A DNA stretch of 64,000 nt from NCBI GenBank assembly GCA_020184695.1, contig JAANOX010000242.1, forward strand, positions 62,001-126,000, given 5' to 3'. Both the position numbers and the translations under genes were made by a program. The notes under the pieces are model-generated. The model did not search any database. It was not told the DNA's origin and was given only the letters and a program-made list of their open reading frames with translations. This stretch comes from Histomonas meleagridis 2922-C6/04-290x. Taxonomy: Eukaryota > Protista > Parabasalia. This document shows positions 9,210 to 19,232 of the stretch, in pieces (positions within the stretch are counted from its first letter, which is position 1; every line of letters begins with the position of its first letter).

Positions 9210-12173
9210 ATGAAGACTGAAAGCACACGGACCCTTGAATCAGAAAATAAAGTAAATAATACATCAATTAATAACCAATCTGTACATATGCAAAAACTGA
9301 TTTCTTTAGAACAGATCATATTTAATCTTACAGAAAAAAACTTTGAGATTTCTGTTGCAAAAACAATGAATTTATTTGATAAAGATTTTCCTTTTACATT
9401 TAATTATTGTATAATTGTTTTAGTTTATTCAGCATTTTCATCTCAAAGAGAATCAATCCAAACATATTTCAATCATTTACAAGAAATTCAAACTAAAGAA
9501 GAAGCAATTCTTCACAACAATCCAAAAATTGTTGAAATTTTTACTAATTATATATCACAATTTAATACACAAGAGACATATTATATCATTGAAAAAATGA
9601 TTGAAAAAGAATTAATTAATATAAATATTACCAAAAACTTTAATACAAATTATTTTGCTCATTATAAAACTGAAGAAGAAAACAAGAAAAACGATTCTAA
9701 AGATTCATTTAATGAAGAATTTAAAAATAATTATGAAAAATTATCAAAGAATGATTGGGAACTTCATAAGCAATTAGTTAAAGAAGGAGTTAATCCGAAT
9801 GAAATATCAAAAATCATTCGAAATGATGATATAGAGAAACTTCAAGAAATATCAACACAAGAAGATTTCGATTTTAATCAAATCATTAAACCATCACTTT
9901 ATGAAAGATATTCATTTATTAACAAAGAAAATGTCACATTAATTGATTTTGCAGCATTTTTTGGAGCAATTCAATGTTTTAAATATTTATTAATGAATAA
10001 TGCAAAAGTTGAAAACACAGGTAAATATGCAATTGCAGGTGGAAATCTTGAAATTATTTATTTATGTGAACAAAATCATTCGACATTTGACGATGTTTAT
10101 GAAATAGCAATTAAATTTCATCGAAATGACATCTTTAAATATATTTATGAAAACAAAATCGAAAAATTAGATAAAAACAATCAACAACATTTATTAACAT
10201 ATGTAATTACAAATAAAATTCCATTTAAAAACTTTGGATATTATATAAGTAACACACAAACATTGACTGATATTAAATTCCAAGAACAAATTTATCATTG
10301 CATTAACATTGGTAATTATGAAATTCTTTCATTTTTAGAAGAAGAAATCAAATTCGATGAATATATAATTAATGTATCAGCGAAAACAGGTAATTTATAT
10401 CTTGTCGAATATTTTCTTGATCATAATCAAATTCCGAAAAACATTTTAGTTTTTGCATCAGAATCAGGAAATATTGAACTTGTTAAATATATTATTAAAC
10501 AAGAAGGGATTGATATTAATGCTAAAAATATTAATTTGTTTGTATTAAAATATGTTTTAATGTTTTGATATTTTAAAATAATATTTGGAATTTTATTAAA
10601 TTATTTAGAACATCATTAATGATAGCAACTATAAAAGGTTATATAGGAATTGTTCAATTTCTTATAGAACAAGAAGGAATTAACTTTAAACTAAAAGATA
10701 TTCGTATGTATTATAAAAAATTGATATTAAAATTTTTTGGGTTTTAATCAGAAATTTGGAATTTAATTGTTATATTTGATACCGCACTTTTATTGGCATA
10801 ACGCAATGATCAAACTGAAATATTTAAAATACTTCTTAAAAAAGAAGAAAACATTAATAATAAAAACATTGTTTCTGTTTATTTTATGTTTATTACAATA
10901 AATTGATATTTTAAATATGTATTAGGTAATTATTCTCATTATTTAAATCATTATTATATTATGAAACTGAAAAAAATCACATCGAAATGGTTAAATTACT
11001 TCTTGAACAAGAAAAAATTGATATTAATGTTAAAGATGTTAATTCGTTTTATTTAATATATATTTCAATAATTTACAATTTAAAAATAATATTTGGAAAT
11101 TATTTAAATTATTTAAAACACCACTTATTATAGCAGTTTCAAATAGATATTTTGAAATGGTTAAGTTACTTCTTGCGCAAGAAGGAATTGACATTAATGC
11201 TAAAGATATTTATTTGATTTATTTAATATTTATTTTAATAATTTTATGTTTAAAAATAATATTTGGAAAATATTTAAATTATTTGATACAACACTTATAT
11301 TAGTATCTCAATTTGGTTACATAGAAATAGTTAAATTACTTCTTGAACAAAAAGGAATTAATATTAATGCTAAAAATATTTATTTGTTTTATTTGACATT
11401 TATTTTAATAATTTGGGATTTCAAAATAATATTTGGAAATTATTTAAATTATTTAAAACAGCACTTATTATAGCATCTTCAAATGGTTATACAGAAATAG
11501 TTAAATTACTTCTTGAACAAAAAGGAATTGATATTAATGCTAAAGATATTTATTTGTTTTATTTAATATTTGTTTTAATAATTTATTATTTCAAAATAAT
11601 ATTTGGAAATTATTTAAATTATTTTATACAGCACTTATTATAGCATCTGAAATAGGTTATACAGAAATAGTTAAATTACTTCTTGAACAAGAAGGAATTG
11701 ATATTAATGCTAAAAATATTTATTTGTTTTATTTGATATTTATTTTAATAATTTGGGATTTCAAAATAATATTTGGAAATTATTTAAATTATTTTATACA
11801 CCACTTATTTATGCATCTTCAAATGGTCAAATAGAAATACTTAAAATACTTCTTGAACAAAAAGGAATTGATATTAATGCTAAAGATAAAATTTATTTTA
11901 ATAATTTTATATTTCAAAATAATATTTGGAAATTATTTAAATTATTTAATACAGCACTTATTTTGGCATCTGTAAAAGGTTATACAGAAATAGTTAAATT
12001 ACTTCTTGAACAAAAAGGAATTGATATTAATGCTAAAGATATTTATTTGTTTTAATAATTTTATATTTCAAAATAATATTTGGAAATTATTTAAATTATT
12101 TAAAACGGCACTTATGTTAGCATCGAGAGGAGGTCATACAGAAATAGTTAAATTATTAAATTCTCAAATCTAG
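9210..12173 (+). CDS. DUF3447-ankyrin gene; ten ankyrin modules each preceded by a 54-72-nt frame-disrupting spacer; one in-frame TAA at 10799-10801
   Basis: DUF3447-type core (IRNDDIEKLQ..TLIDFAAFFGAIQCFKYLL..AIAGGNLEII). Removing the spacers gives contiguous FxTALxxASxxGxxEIVKLLLEQKGIDINAKD repeats ending at TAG 12171-12173. Confidence 0.75.
10533..12098 (+). repeat. 170-bp periodic array (99-nt ankyrin module + ~71-nt AT-rich spacer), 10 spacers
   Basis: Spacers at 10533-10603, 10703-10774, 10871-10941, 11041-11111, 11211-11281, 11381-11451, 11551-11621, 11721-11791, 11891-11944 and 12044-12098, delimited between the I/V/K codon after NAKD/N and the TTT codon. Confidence 0.92.
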
Positions 12174-12276
12174 AGATTCTAGAAATGATTTATATATAAA
12201 TTCCTTTTCTAAAAAGTTTACATATATAAAAAAAATTAATTTCCTGTCACAATTTGAATTAAATGCAGATAAAAAA

Positions 12277-13236
12277 TTATCTAAATGTATTATTTTTTTG
12301 CAAAATTGTATTTCCTCCGTATCGTTCGCCGATGGACTCATTCTGAGGTTTATCAAAAACACAATTTTTGATTTCTATGAAGCACTCTGAGCTATAAACA
12401 TAGATATAACTTGGTGATTTACCATTGGAACCTGAGAAGAAGCAATCTTCAACATGTGATCTGTTCATCCAGTGAAAGAAAGTAATTGCTGATCCTTCAG
12501 AGCCAGACGTATTATTATAAAATTGACAGTGATGATATTGTGCTAAGGCAGGTTTTTCAGACCAGTCCCAAATTGCACCAAAATTAGGAGCATAAGTATT
12601 TTTGATTATAACAAATTTCATTATTGGTACTGTGAACTCGAAACGCACGCCAGCAATGTAAGTTTTGGCTTCACAATAAGTCAAGTTTGTATAAGAAATA
12701 CTTGAAGTATATGATGTTTCTTTTGGTGATCCTGAAAATATTGCCCCAAATCTTTCAGCAAAACTCCCAGTGATCGAAGAGTACTCAAGAGAAAAAGGTT
12801 GTGAAAACTTGCTATAAATAGATCCACCGTAGAGAGATGAACAGTTCGTGAAAATACAATTGTGGATTGTTATGTTTGAATCAGAAGCTTTAATAGCTCC
12901 TCCACATTCACTTGATACGCATTTATTAAACACGCAGCTATCAAAGCGAATACAAACATTATTATAAACCTGTTGATTTCTTTTCAAACCTGTTGCCGAT
13001 TTACATTTCAATCCAGCACTGAACTCTAATGCAGTGCTACTTATAAACTGTGTGTAAAACGAGTTGATTGATAAAGATTTCGGAATTAAAGAGTATTGAA
13101 TTATATTTTTATAAAAATTTTTAAATTTTGATTTGTCTAAATTAAATAAAATATGGTTAGATTGTTTTGTTATTTGGAACAGAGGAGATTGAAATGAGTC
13201 TGATCCCAGAAATAGAAAACAAATGGTTAAATTCAT
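12277..13236 (-). CDS. Pmp-like right-handed beta-helix protein, probably secreted
   Basis: GGAI/GGSI and FxxN motifs (CGGAIKASDSNITIHNCIFTNC, FYNNTSGSEGSAI) and a hydrophobic N-terminus. Confidence 0.7.
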   Translation of the reverse strand: MNLTICFLFLGSDSFQSPLFQITKQSNHILFNLDKSKFKNFYKNIIQYSLIPKSLSINSFYTQFISSTALEFSAGLKCKSATGLKRNQQVYNNVCIRFDSCVFNKCVSSECGGAIKASDSNITIHNCIFTNCSSLYGGSIYSKFSQPFSLEYSSITGSFAERFGAIFSGSPKETSYTSSISYTNLTYCEAKTYIAGVRFEFTVPIMKFVIIKNTYAPNFGAIWDWSEKPALAQYHHCQFYNNTSGSEGSAITFFHWMNRSHVEDCFFSGSNGKSPSYIYVYSSECFIEIKNCVFDKPQNESIGERYGGNTILQKNNTFR

Positions 13237-13929
13237 CTAATGAATTGTTACGTGAAAAATAATTTTCTTGAATTACAACTTCTCGGTTCTTTAAATACAT
13301 TTTTTAAAAATATTATGGCTAATATTCTACTCATAAACCTTTTTAAAGTTCTCTTTTTATGTTTCAAAGAATTGGGTCAAGGTAAAAATGATTTCTAAAT
13401 TTACCAATTGTTATAACAATTTGTGTGTGCAATAAAAATATAAAATTTCAACCAACCCTTCCCTCACAAAAGCATTTGCTTTCAACAATATTATTTAAAA
13501 AAAAAAAAATTAGCTAATCAAAAAATTAAATCATTTGAAAAATATATATTTATTAAATAATCCAATTATTTTACTGACAAATTAAAATACTGTTCATATT
13601 CTAAATCTCAAAGCATTAACTAGTTATAGTGATTTCATAAAACTTTATAAAGTTGAGAGATTTGTACAAAAAAAATAATCTAAGATAAATCAGAAAAATA
13701 TTGGATTCCGAATGGGTAATAATATCTATGATATTAATTCTCTAATAATATCCACAAAAAACTATATTTTATTAATTATATATTTCGAAGATTTAATAAA
13801 TAATTGTTTTTTAAAGAAATGGAATAAATAAAGTCAATAAAATATGAATATCACCGGTTTTATTTCCAGTTCTTTGTATGCTTTTTTATTTTTATTTTTA
13901 TTATTTTTTTATTATTTTATTTTTTTGAT

Positions 13930-14371
13930 ACAAACGAAATTAGATTTCATTTGAATGCGTTATTATGAAGCATTCTATTTGTCACCACTTAAATCAAAAT
14001 TTCCTTGTTTTTCACCTGGATAAATTTCCATTGATGGAGATAAATCAGTTCCTGGAATATCCATTTGCTCAATTACAAGAGAAGTTTTGCAGTAGCACCA
14101 ACGAATTAGTGGAAAACATGGGAATTCTTATTTCTCTCATCTTTGGTTATAAGTGTTGAAACTTTTGGTGGACATTATGCATGATTAACGATTTCAACTT
14201 TTTTAATACTTCATCAATTTTTTTTTTTTGTAAATCAAAAATGATAAATGAGAACTTTTTTTAGGTAATACTTTAGGATGATTCCTGCATATGGGTAATG
14301 TACCACTACCTCTTGATACTGACTCTTCAAGCATTTTGACAACCAGTAGCTCCAATAACAGCAACTTTCAT
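13930..14371 (-). pseudogene. Degraded NAD(P)-dependent oxidoreductase, bacterial YwnB/COG2910-like
   Basis: Inr TCATTT then ATG KVAVIGATG, EESVSRG..ICRNHPK and LSPSMEIYPGEKQGNFDLSGD; many stops and frameshifts. Confidence 0.65.
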
Positions 14372-14661
14372 CCTAAAAAATGAAGTGGTTAATTGATTAG
14401 ATTGAACTAAAATTCAGCCCGTGACCTCGATTTCTTCCGATTAACTTAGGAATTCTATAAACGTGAAATGATATTTACAAGCAAAGTTATTTTACATAAT
14501 GGATTTGGAATTTCAAAAAAATCTACAAACAAATTTAGAGCAAACACCCTCAAATAAAGACAAAGAATGGGAAGAAATTTAATCAATTTATTCAAATTAC
14601 GAATTTGTAAAAATTTAAAAAAATTAATTAATCAACAAACATTTACAAATTTTAAAGAAAA

Positions 14662-15249
14662 CTATTGTTGTGCTTCTACGCAAGGCAAGTCCTCTATTGG
14701 AGTGAAGTTATCTTCTCGTGGTTTACATAATGATTTTAGTTTTCCTATTAATTTGATTAAAACATGCAAAATTAAATTAGAGAGAAGAGACACGCATAAA
14801 TCTAACCAAAATGTTTTGAAATAGAAAGTGTATTGAACAAGGGCAATAACATAAAGATATGTATCGGTAAAATTAATTTGAAAAAATTTCAAATATAAAT
14901 ATGGCTTGTGAATGCACAAAAATGTTAAAAATGAAGAAAATACAACAAATGAAGGACCATGCGCATTGTAACCAATGATTAATCTGAAAACAAATAAAAA
15001 TAAATATGTCCATATCATCCAAATACCAAATTTAATGGAACCAACAGAAGCTTCTATTCCACTAAGAAGCAACATTAACACCAATGAAAAAGATAATAAT
15101 CCAAGATCTGAATCTCCAAATAAATTTAAAATTTTTTGTAAAAACTTTTGTTTAATAGAAACAAAATTTAGAACTATTGAAACAACTATATTGATTCCTA
15201 TGATAATTGTAGTGAATAAATGGGTTTTAATCCAATTTACAAACATCAT
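14662..15249 (-). CDS. Rhomboid-like multipass membrane protein (UBAC2/Dsc2-like)
   Basis: Several TM segments; IEASVGSIKF, HGPSFVVFSSF and FFQINFTDTYLYVIALVQ resemble UBAC2-type pseudoproteases. Confidence 0.55.
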   Translation of the reverse strand: MMFVNWIKTHLFTTIIIGINIVVSIVLNFVSIKQKFLQKILNLFGDSDLGLLSFSLVLMLLLSGIEASVGSIKFGIWMIWTYLFLFVFRLIIGYNAHGPSFVVFSSFLTFLCIHKPYLYLKFFQINFTDTYLYVIALVQYTFYFKTFWLDLCVSLLSNLILHVLIKLIGKLKSLCKPREDNFTPIEDLPCVEAQQ

Positions 15250-15318
15250 TTGACCGTTACACACGGTTATTACGGTTATTCAACGGTTAAATTTTTTCTC
15301 GAGTTTCTAAATTTTTAT

Positions 15319-15921
15319 TCATGCAATCAAACCAATACTTAAAAGCATTTCACCAAATCTGGTGTGCTGATACTTTTCCATAAAAATAATTGCGTATCTG
15401 AGACGATCAAACTTGACAAATCCAAATCTTTTAAATCCAACTTCATCACGAGGAACAATAACACGAACAAAATAATTACAGCCATTTTCTTTCAAAAATT
15501 CTTCTAGCTTGTATTTATCTACTCCATCTGGCAAATTATCAACACGGACAGTGAATAAATCATCATGATATATAAATGGATTAACTGTTGTTATTTGTTC
15601 ATCAACCCACTTCGTCTTGTCTTGTATTAATCCACTTTCAGCCATTGCTTTCTGTACTTGATTTTGCCAACTTTGATTATCAAATTGTTTTTTAATTAAA
15701 TCATCAATTGTAATTTCCTTACCACTTTCAACGCTGCTTGTAGGTATTAAATGAAGATTTACTTTAGCTGGAACGTAATCTGGAAATTGATTTGTTGTAA
15801 ATTCTGGATTTTTTAATCTTTCGTTAATTTCATTTGGAATAGAAACGCTAAGTGTATGAGATTTTGTATCATATTTTTGGATGAAAGGCGCTAGAATTGG
15901 CAAAGGAAGCTGTTCGGCCAT
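15319..15921 (-). CDS. C-terminal RRM protein, possibly eIF3g-like
   Basis: RNP2 TVRVDNLP and RNP1 RFGFVKF. Likely start MAEQLP at 15921. Confidence 0.6.
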   Translation of the reverse strand: MAEQLPLPILAPFIQKYDTKSHTLSVSIPNEINERLKNPEFTTNQFPDYVPAKVNLHLIPTSSVESGKEITIDDLIKKQFDNQSWQNQVQKAMAESGLIQDKTKWVDEQITTVNPFIYHDDLFTVRVDNLPDGVDKYKLEEFLKENGCNYFVRVIVPRDEVGFKRFGFVKFDRLRYAIIFMEKYQHTRFGEMLLSIGLIA

Positions 15922-16057
15922 GATTTGAGATAACCGCCTGCTTACGAAAAGTGCCATGAAGAATCGACCGTTTAAAAACCTATTTTTTTTGGTCGTGCAA
16001 CTTTTTGAATGCCATTCCAATGACCAAGATTTTACGACTTGAGTCATTCGATTTGCA

Positions 16058-17614
16058 ATGGAGGGAAGTGGACCATCGCTTGGCCCTTATGCATTAATTG
16101 GGAAATTGGGCCAAGGTCAAAGTGGGCAGGTTAGACTTGCAATTAATGTTGAAACAAAACAAAAAGTCGCAATCAAAATCATTAACAAGGAAATATTTGC
16201 TTCAAAGCCAAATTTACAAGTGAAAGTACAGAGAGAAATTGCTTTGATGCATCTTGCAGATCACCCACATTTATTAAAACTTATCGATGTATTAGAATCT
16301 CCTCGACACCTTTATATTGTTGTTGAATATGCAGCTAAAGGTGAGTTGTTTAACTTCTTAGTTGAACACAAATCGTTGGATGAAAGTATGGCAATGAAAT
16401 TCTTCAGACAAATTATTTATGGGTTAGAATACCTTCATTCGCTTGGCATTTGTCATCGAGATTTAAAACTAGAAAACATCCTTTTGGATGAGAACCTAAA
16501 CATTAAAATTGCTGATTTCGGTTTTGCCAGATTTGTAAAATACAATATCGCAGAAACATCATGCGGATCACCACATTATGCAGCTCCAGAGGTCATTGGA
16601 GGTCATCCTTATGATGGCAGAATGGCTGACGTTTGGAGTTGTGGTGTAATTTTATATGCATTATTAGCAGTATGTTTTTTCAAGCACTGTATTTACGGTG
16701 CTTGTTTACATGAATCTAACACATAGGGTTATCTTCCATTTGATGATAAGACTATAAGAGGTCTTCTTACCAAAGTTAAAAGAGGCGTATATCAGATGCC
16801 GAACTTTTCAGAACCCGCCAAAAACTTCATTTCGAGGATCTTAGTTCTAGATCCAACAAAACGACTTACCATTCCTGCTATGAAGATGCATCCATTCTTT
16901 AGAATCAACCTCCCATCGGAGTACGTTATCCCGACACCGTTACCGATCCCGTCACTTTTGGAGCCGATAGACCCATCGACGGTTACCGCTGAAGTTCTTG
17001 ATGTGCTTCATAAGATTGGATACACTAATGATCAAGAACTATTCACCGATATAACGTCAAATCAACACTCGATGGCAAAGGTTTTCTACTATATGCTCAC
17101 AGCTAAACTTTCTCTGGAGCAAATTGATTGGAGCAAGTCAATGAGTAATACATTTAACCCTCAGATAGGAAATGACGATGTTTATGCTTTTGATGGCATG
17201 AATTCGTATTCAGGTTTGTATAATGATTCTTTTCAAGGATCAGTTCAATCAGCAGATTTATCGACTTCTGTAGCTCATCGTGTTGAATGGGCATTTACAG
17301 AAGAGCCTCGGTTAACAGAAGACATTCAAAAGTTTAACATTATTGCGAATATGTCTCGAGTATATGCACTTTTAGCTATGCAAAGGTTAATGAGGCAACT
17401 TGAAATGCAATGGTTTCATTCCGACGATTTTGTCATACTTGCTCGGAGGGAACAAACGTATATTCTCATTTCTTGTTTGGATATGATTGATGAGGAAAAA
17501 GTGACAATTCAAATTCAGCTCCTTAACGGTCCCAGCGAATTTTTCTCGCATATTTGTCATTGTGCAGATGAAATTATCAATCAAATGAATATGAGCTATT
17601 GGTATTGTAATTGA
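16058..17614 (+). CDS. CAMK-group (BRSK/Nim1/SNF1-like) Ser/Thr kinase, join(16058..16669,16727..17614)
   Basis: GQGQSG, VAIK, HRDLKLEN, DFG, CGSPHYAAPE. Splicing joins LYALLA to GYLPFDD and merges two track ORFs. Confidence 0.93.
16670..16726 (+). other. 57-nt spliceosomal intron of trichomonad type
   Basis: GTATGT donor and fused branch/acceptor TCTAACACATAG; removal restores kinase subdomain IX. Confidence 0.95.
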
Positions 17615-17756
17615 AAATAAACTATGGTACGATCAAATTATTCATTTTTCATTATCGAAAAATTTTGGGGTACACCAAATAAGGTGTCATTATACTCCCA
17701 TAAATATTAAATGAAGTTTATGTTGATATGAGTTTTTATTTCTTTTAGAGATAGCT

Positions 17757-18557
17757 TTAGTAAATGAATGGGAAAATACGCTTTGGGTTAAGCTCAGCAA
17801 ATTCTTCTTTGAATTGTACTTTATAGTGTTTCCATATGGAATTAGCACGTGGAACAAGATTGGCAGATGTCCATATAACAAAGACAAGTCCTGATTTGGA
17901 CCATGTAAGGATGGCAAAACCAGTCCATTCTACGATTTCTCCAAAGTAATTTGCAGACGTAACATACTTATACATTCCGCGTTTAGGAAGATAATGCCTA
18001 GTATCTCCTGGTTTGCGAAGAGACCTAATGACGTGGTCTGAATGCCAGTTAATAGCCATTCCAACGAAAAACATTATTGTCCCAAATATGAATTGTGGAG
18101 TGTGAAGCCATTGAGATGTATACATATCTTCAGGAGATACGTAGAAGAGCCATTTTCCTTGGATGTACCCATTGAATAAATTGAAAGTGACACCCATGAG
18201 CATAATTGAAATTGGCATTTTAGATTTGGTTTTGAATAGCATTGGGAAAACAAATGATCTTTGGAAATAGTGAAGTTCGAAAAACAAGAAAATAATCGTT
18301 AAGGTTATATTCTTTCTTGAAGATCTAAGATAAGAAAAGAGCATAATAAAGAAAACCGGAGATTCCATAAGAACCCAAGCAATTCTGTTTGGAATAGCAA
18401 TTCCCCATGATTTTGATGTAAACATACCATAACCAGCATTTATAAAATAAAGTGCTATAAAAACAATAACTGCAATAATAGTCATGAAAATCAAAACAGC
18501 ATCAAGATTTTGTGGATCATTGCTTGTGATAAAAGAAATGATTGATTCCAATCCCAT
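17757..18557 (-). CDS. 3-oxo-5-alpha-steroid 4-dehydrogenase (steroid 5-alpha-reductase), Bacteroidetes-like
   Basis: AGYG, AWVLMESPVF, HYFQRSFVFP, NGYIQG, INWHSDHVIRSLRKPGDTRHYLP, VTSANYFGEIVEW, ANLVPRA. Confidence 0.9.
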   Translation of the reverse strand: MGLESIISFITSNDPQNLDAVLIFMTIIAVIVFIALYFINAGYGMFTSKSWGIAIPNRIAWVLMESPVFFIMLFSYLRSSRKNITLTIIFLFFELHYFQRSFVFPMLFKTKSKMPISIMLMGVTFNLFNGYIQGKWLFYVSPEDMYTSQWLHTPQFIFGTIMFFVGMAINWHSDHVIRSLRKPGDTRHYLPKRGMYKYVTSANYFGEIVEWTGFAILTWSKSGLVFVIWTSANLVPRANSIWKHYKVQFKEEFAELNPKRIFPFIY

Positions 18558-18628
18558 TTGACACGAAGAACGTTTATTTCAACTGAAAAAATTGACAAGC
18601 TTTGTTATGAACAAAAAAGTCTTATAAA

Positions 18629-19072
18629 ATGCTTTTTTTGACTTTATTTCTAATGATATATGATATGTTCCCAGGTCAAATCATGAATTTTAATCATGCG
18701 ATTAAATATGATGAATTGGTTTCAACTGAATTTAATTTAAAAAATCTAATAATTGGAAAAAATTATGAATTTAGAGTTTCTTGGCCTTCAACATCACCTA
18801 TAAAAGTATACTTCAAAATGGGTAATTCTTTATCAAGTTCTGATGAAAAAATTGTTTTTCAATCTGAATTAGAAGAAGAAAAGTTAGAAATTTGTATTAA
18901 AGGAATAGGCATTTCAAGGTTTTCTAAAAACTATATATATCAAGTTCCAATTAATGTTTCATTAGAACAGCAATATTTTGGAATTACGATTCATGTTTGG
19001 CGACTTGTTACGTTTTTGCTTCCAACTTTACTATGCGTTTTTGTAATCACACATTTCTTAGGTTTCATTTAA
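18629..19072 (+). CDS. Hypothetical membrane protein (signal peptide + C-terminal TM)
   Basis: 147-aa ATG ORF with hydrophobic N- and C-termini. Confidence 0.65.
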   Translation: MLFLTLFLMIYDMFPGQIMNFNHAIKYDELVSTEFNLKNLIIGKNYEFRVSWPSTSPIKVYFKMGNSLSSSDEKIVFQSELEEEKLEICIKGIGISRFSKNYIYQVPINVSLEQQYFGITIHVWRLVTFLLPTLLCVFVITHFLGFI

Positions 19073-19232
19073 AAATGTTTTTTTATCTGGTTTTATTTTG
19101 AATGAGAAGTTTTATGCATAAAACAAGTATAAACGAAAGTTAGTCCTAGCTATCATGTGATATAAGACTTCACATGAATTGAAATGTTCGAAATATTGTA
19201 ATTAAAATTCGATATTTTTTATTTATAGATAT

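Noticed and set aside
10567-10569. TGA at the spacer's Trp-equivalent codon in three copies as a sign of UGA=Trp recoding
   Set aside because: Conserved Trp residues in other genes use TGG, and TGA ends genes such as Myb; simple G>A change is enough.
11451-11462. ACAG in the Thr-Ala codons as a canonical acceptor
   Set aside because: It is phase 1 while the conserved GT is phase 2, and it is absent in ACA CCA, ACG GCA and ACC GCA copies.
11246-12055. Short track ORFs (MGFQNNIWKLF...) in the ankyrin arrays as separate genes
   Set aside because: They start at TTG/ATG inside spacers and are by-products of the frame-shifting periodicity.
10533-12098. CRISPR-like repeat/spacer appearance of the 170-bp arrays
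   Set aside because: The variable parts are homologous ankyrin codons, the constant part is 71 nt, there are no cas genes and the context is eukaryotic.
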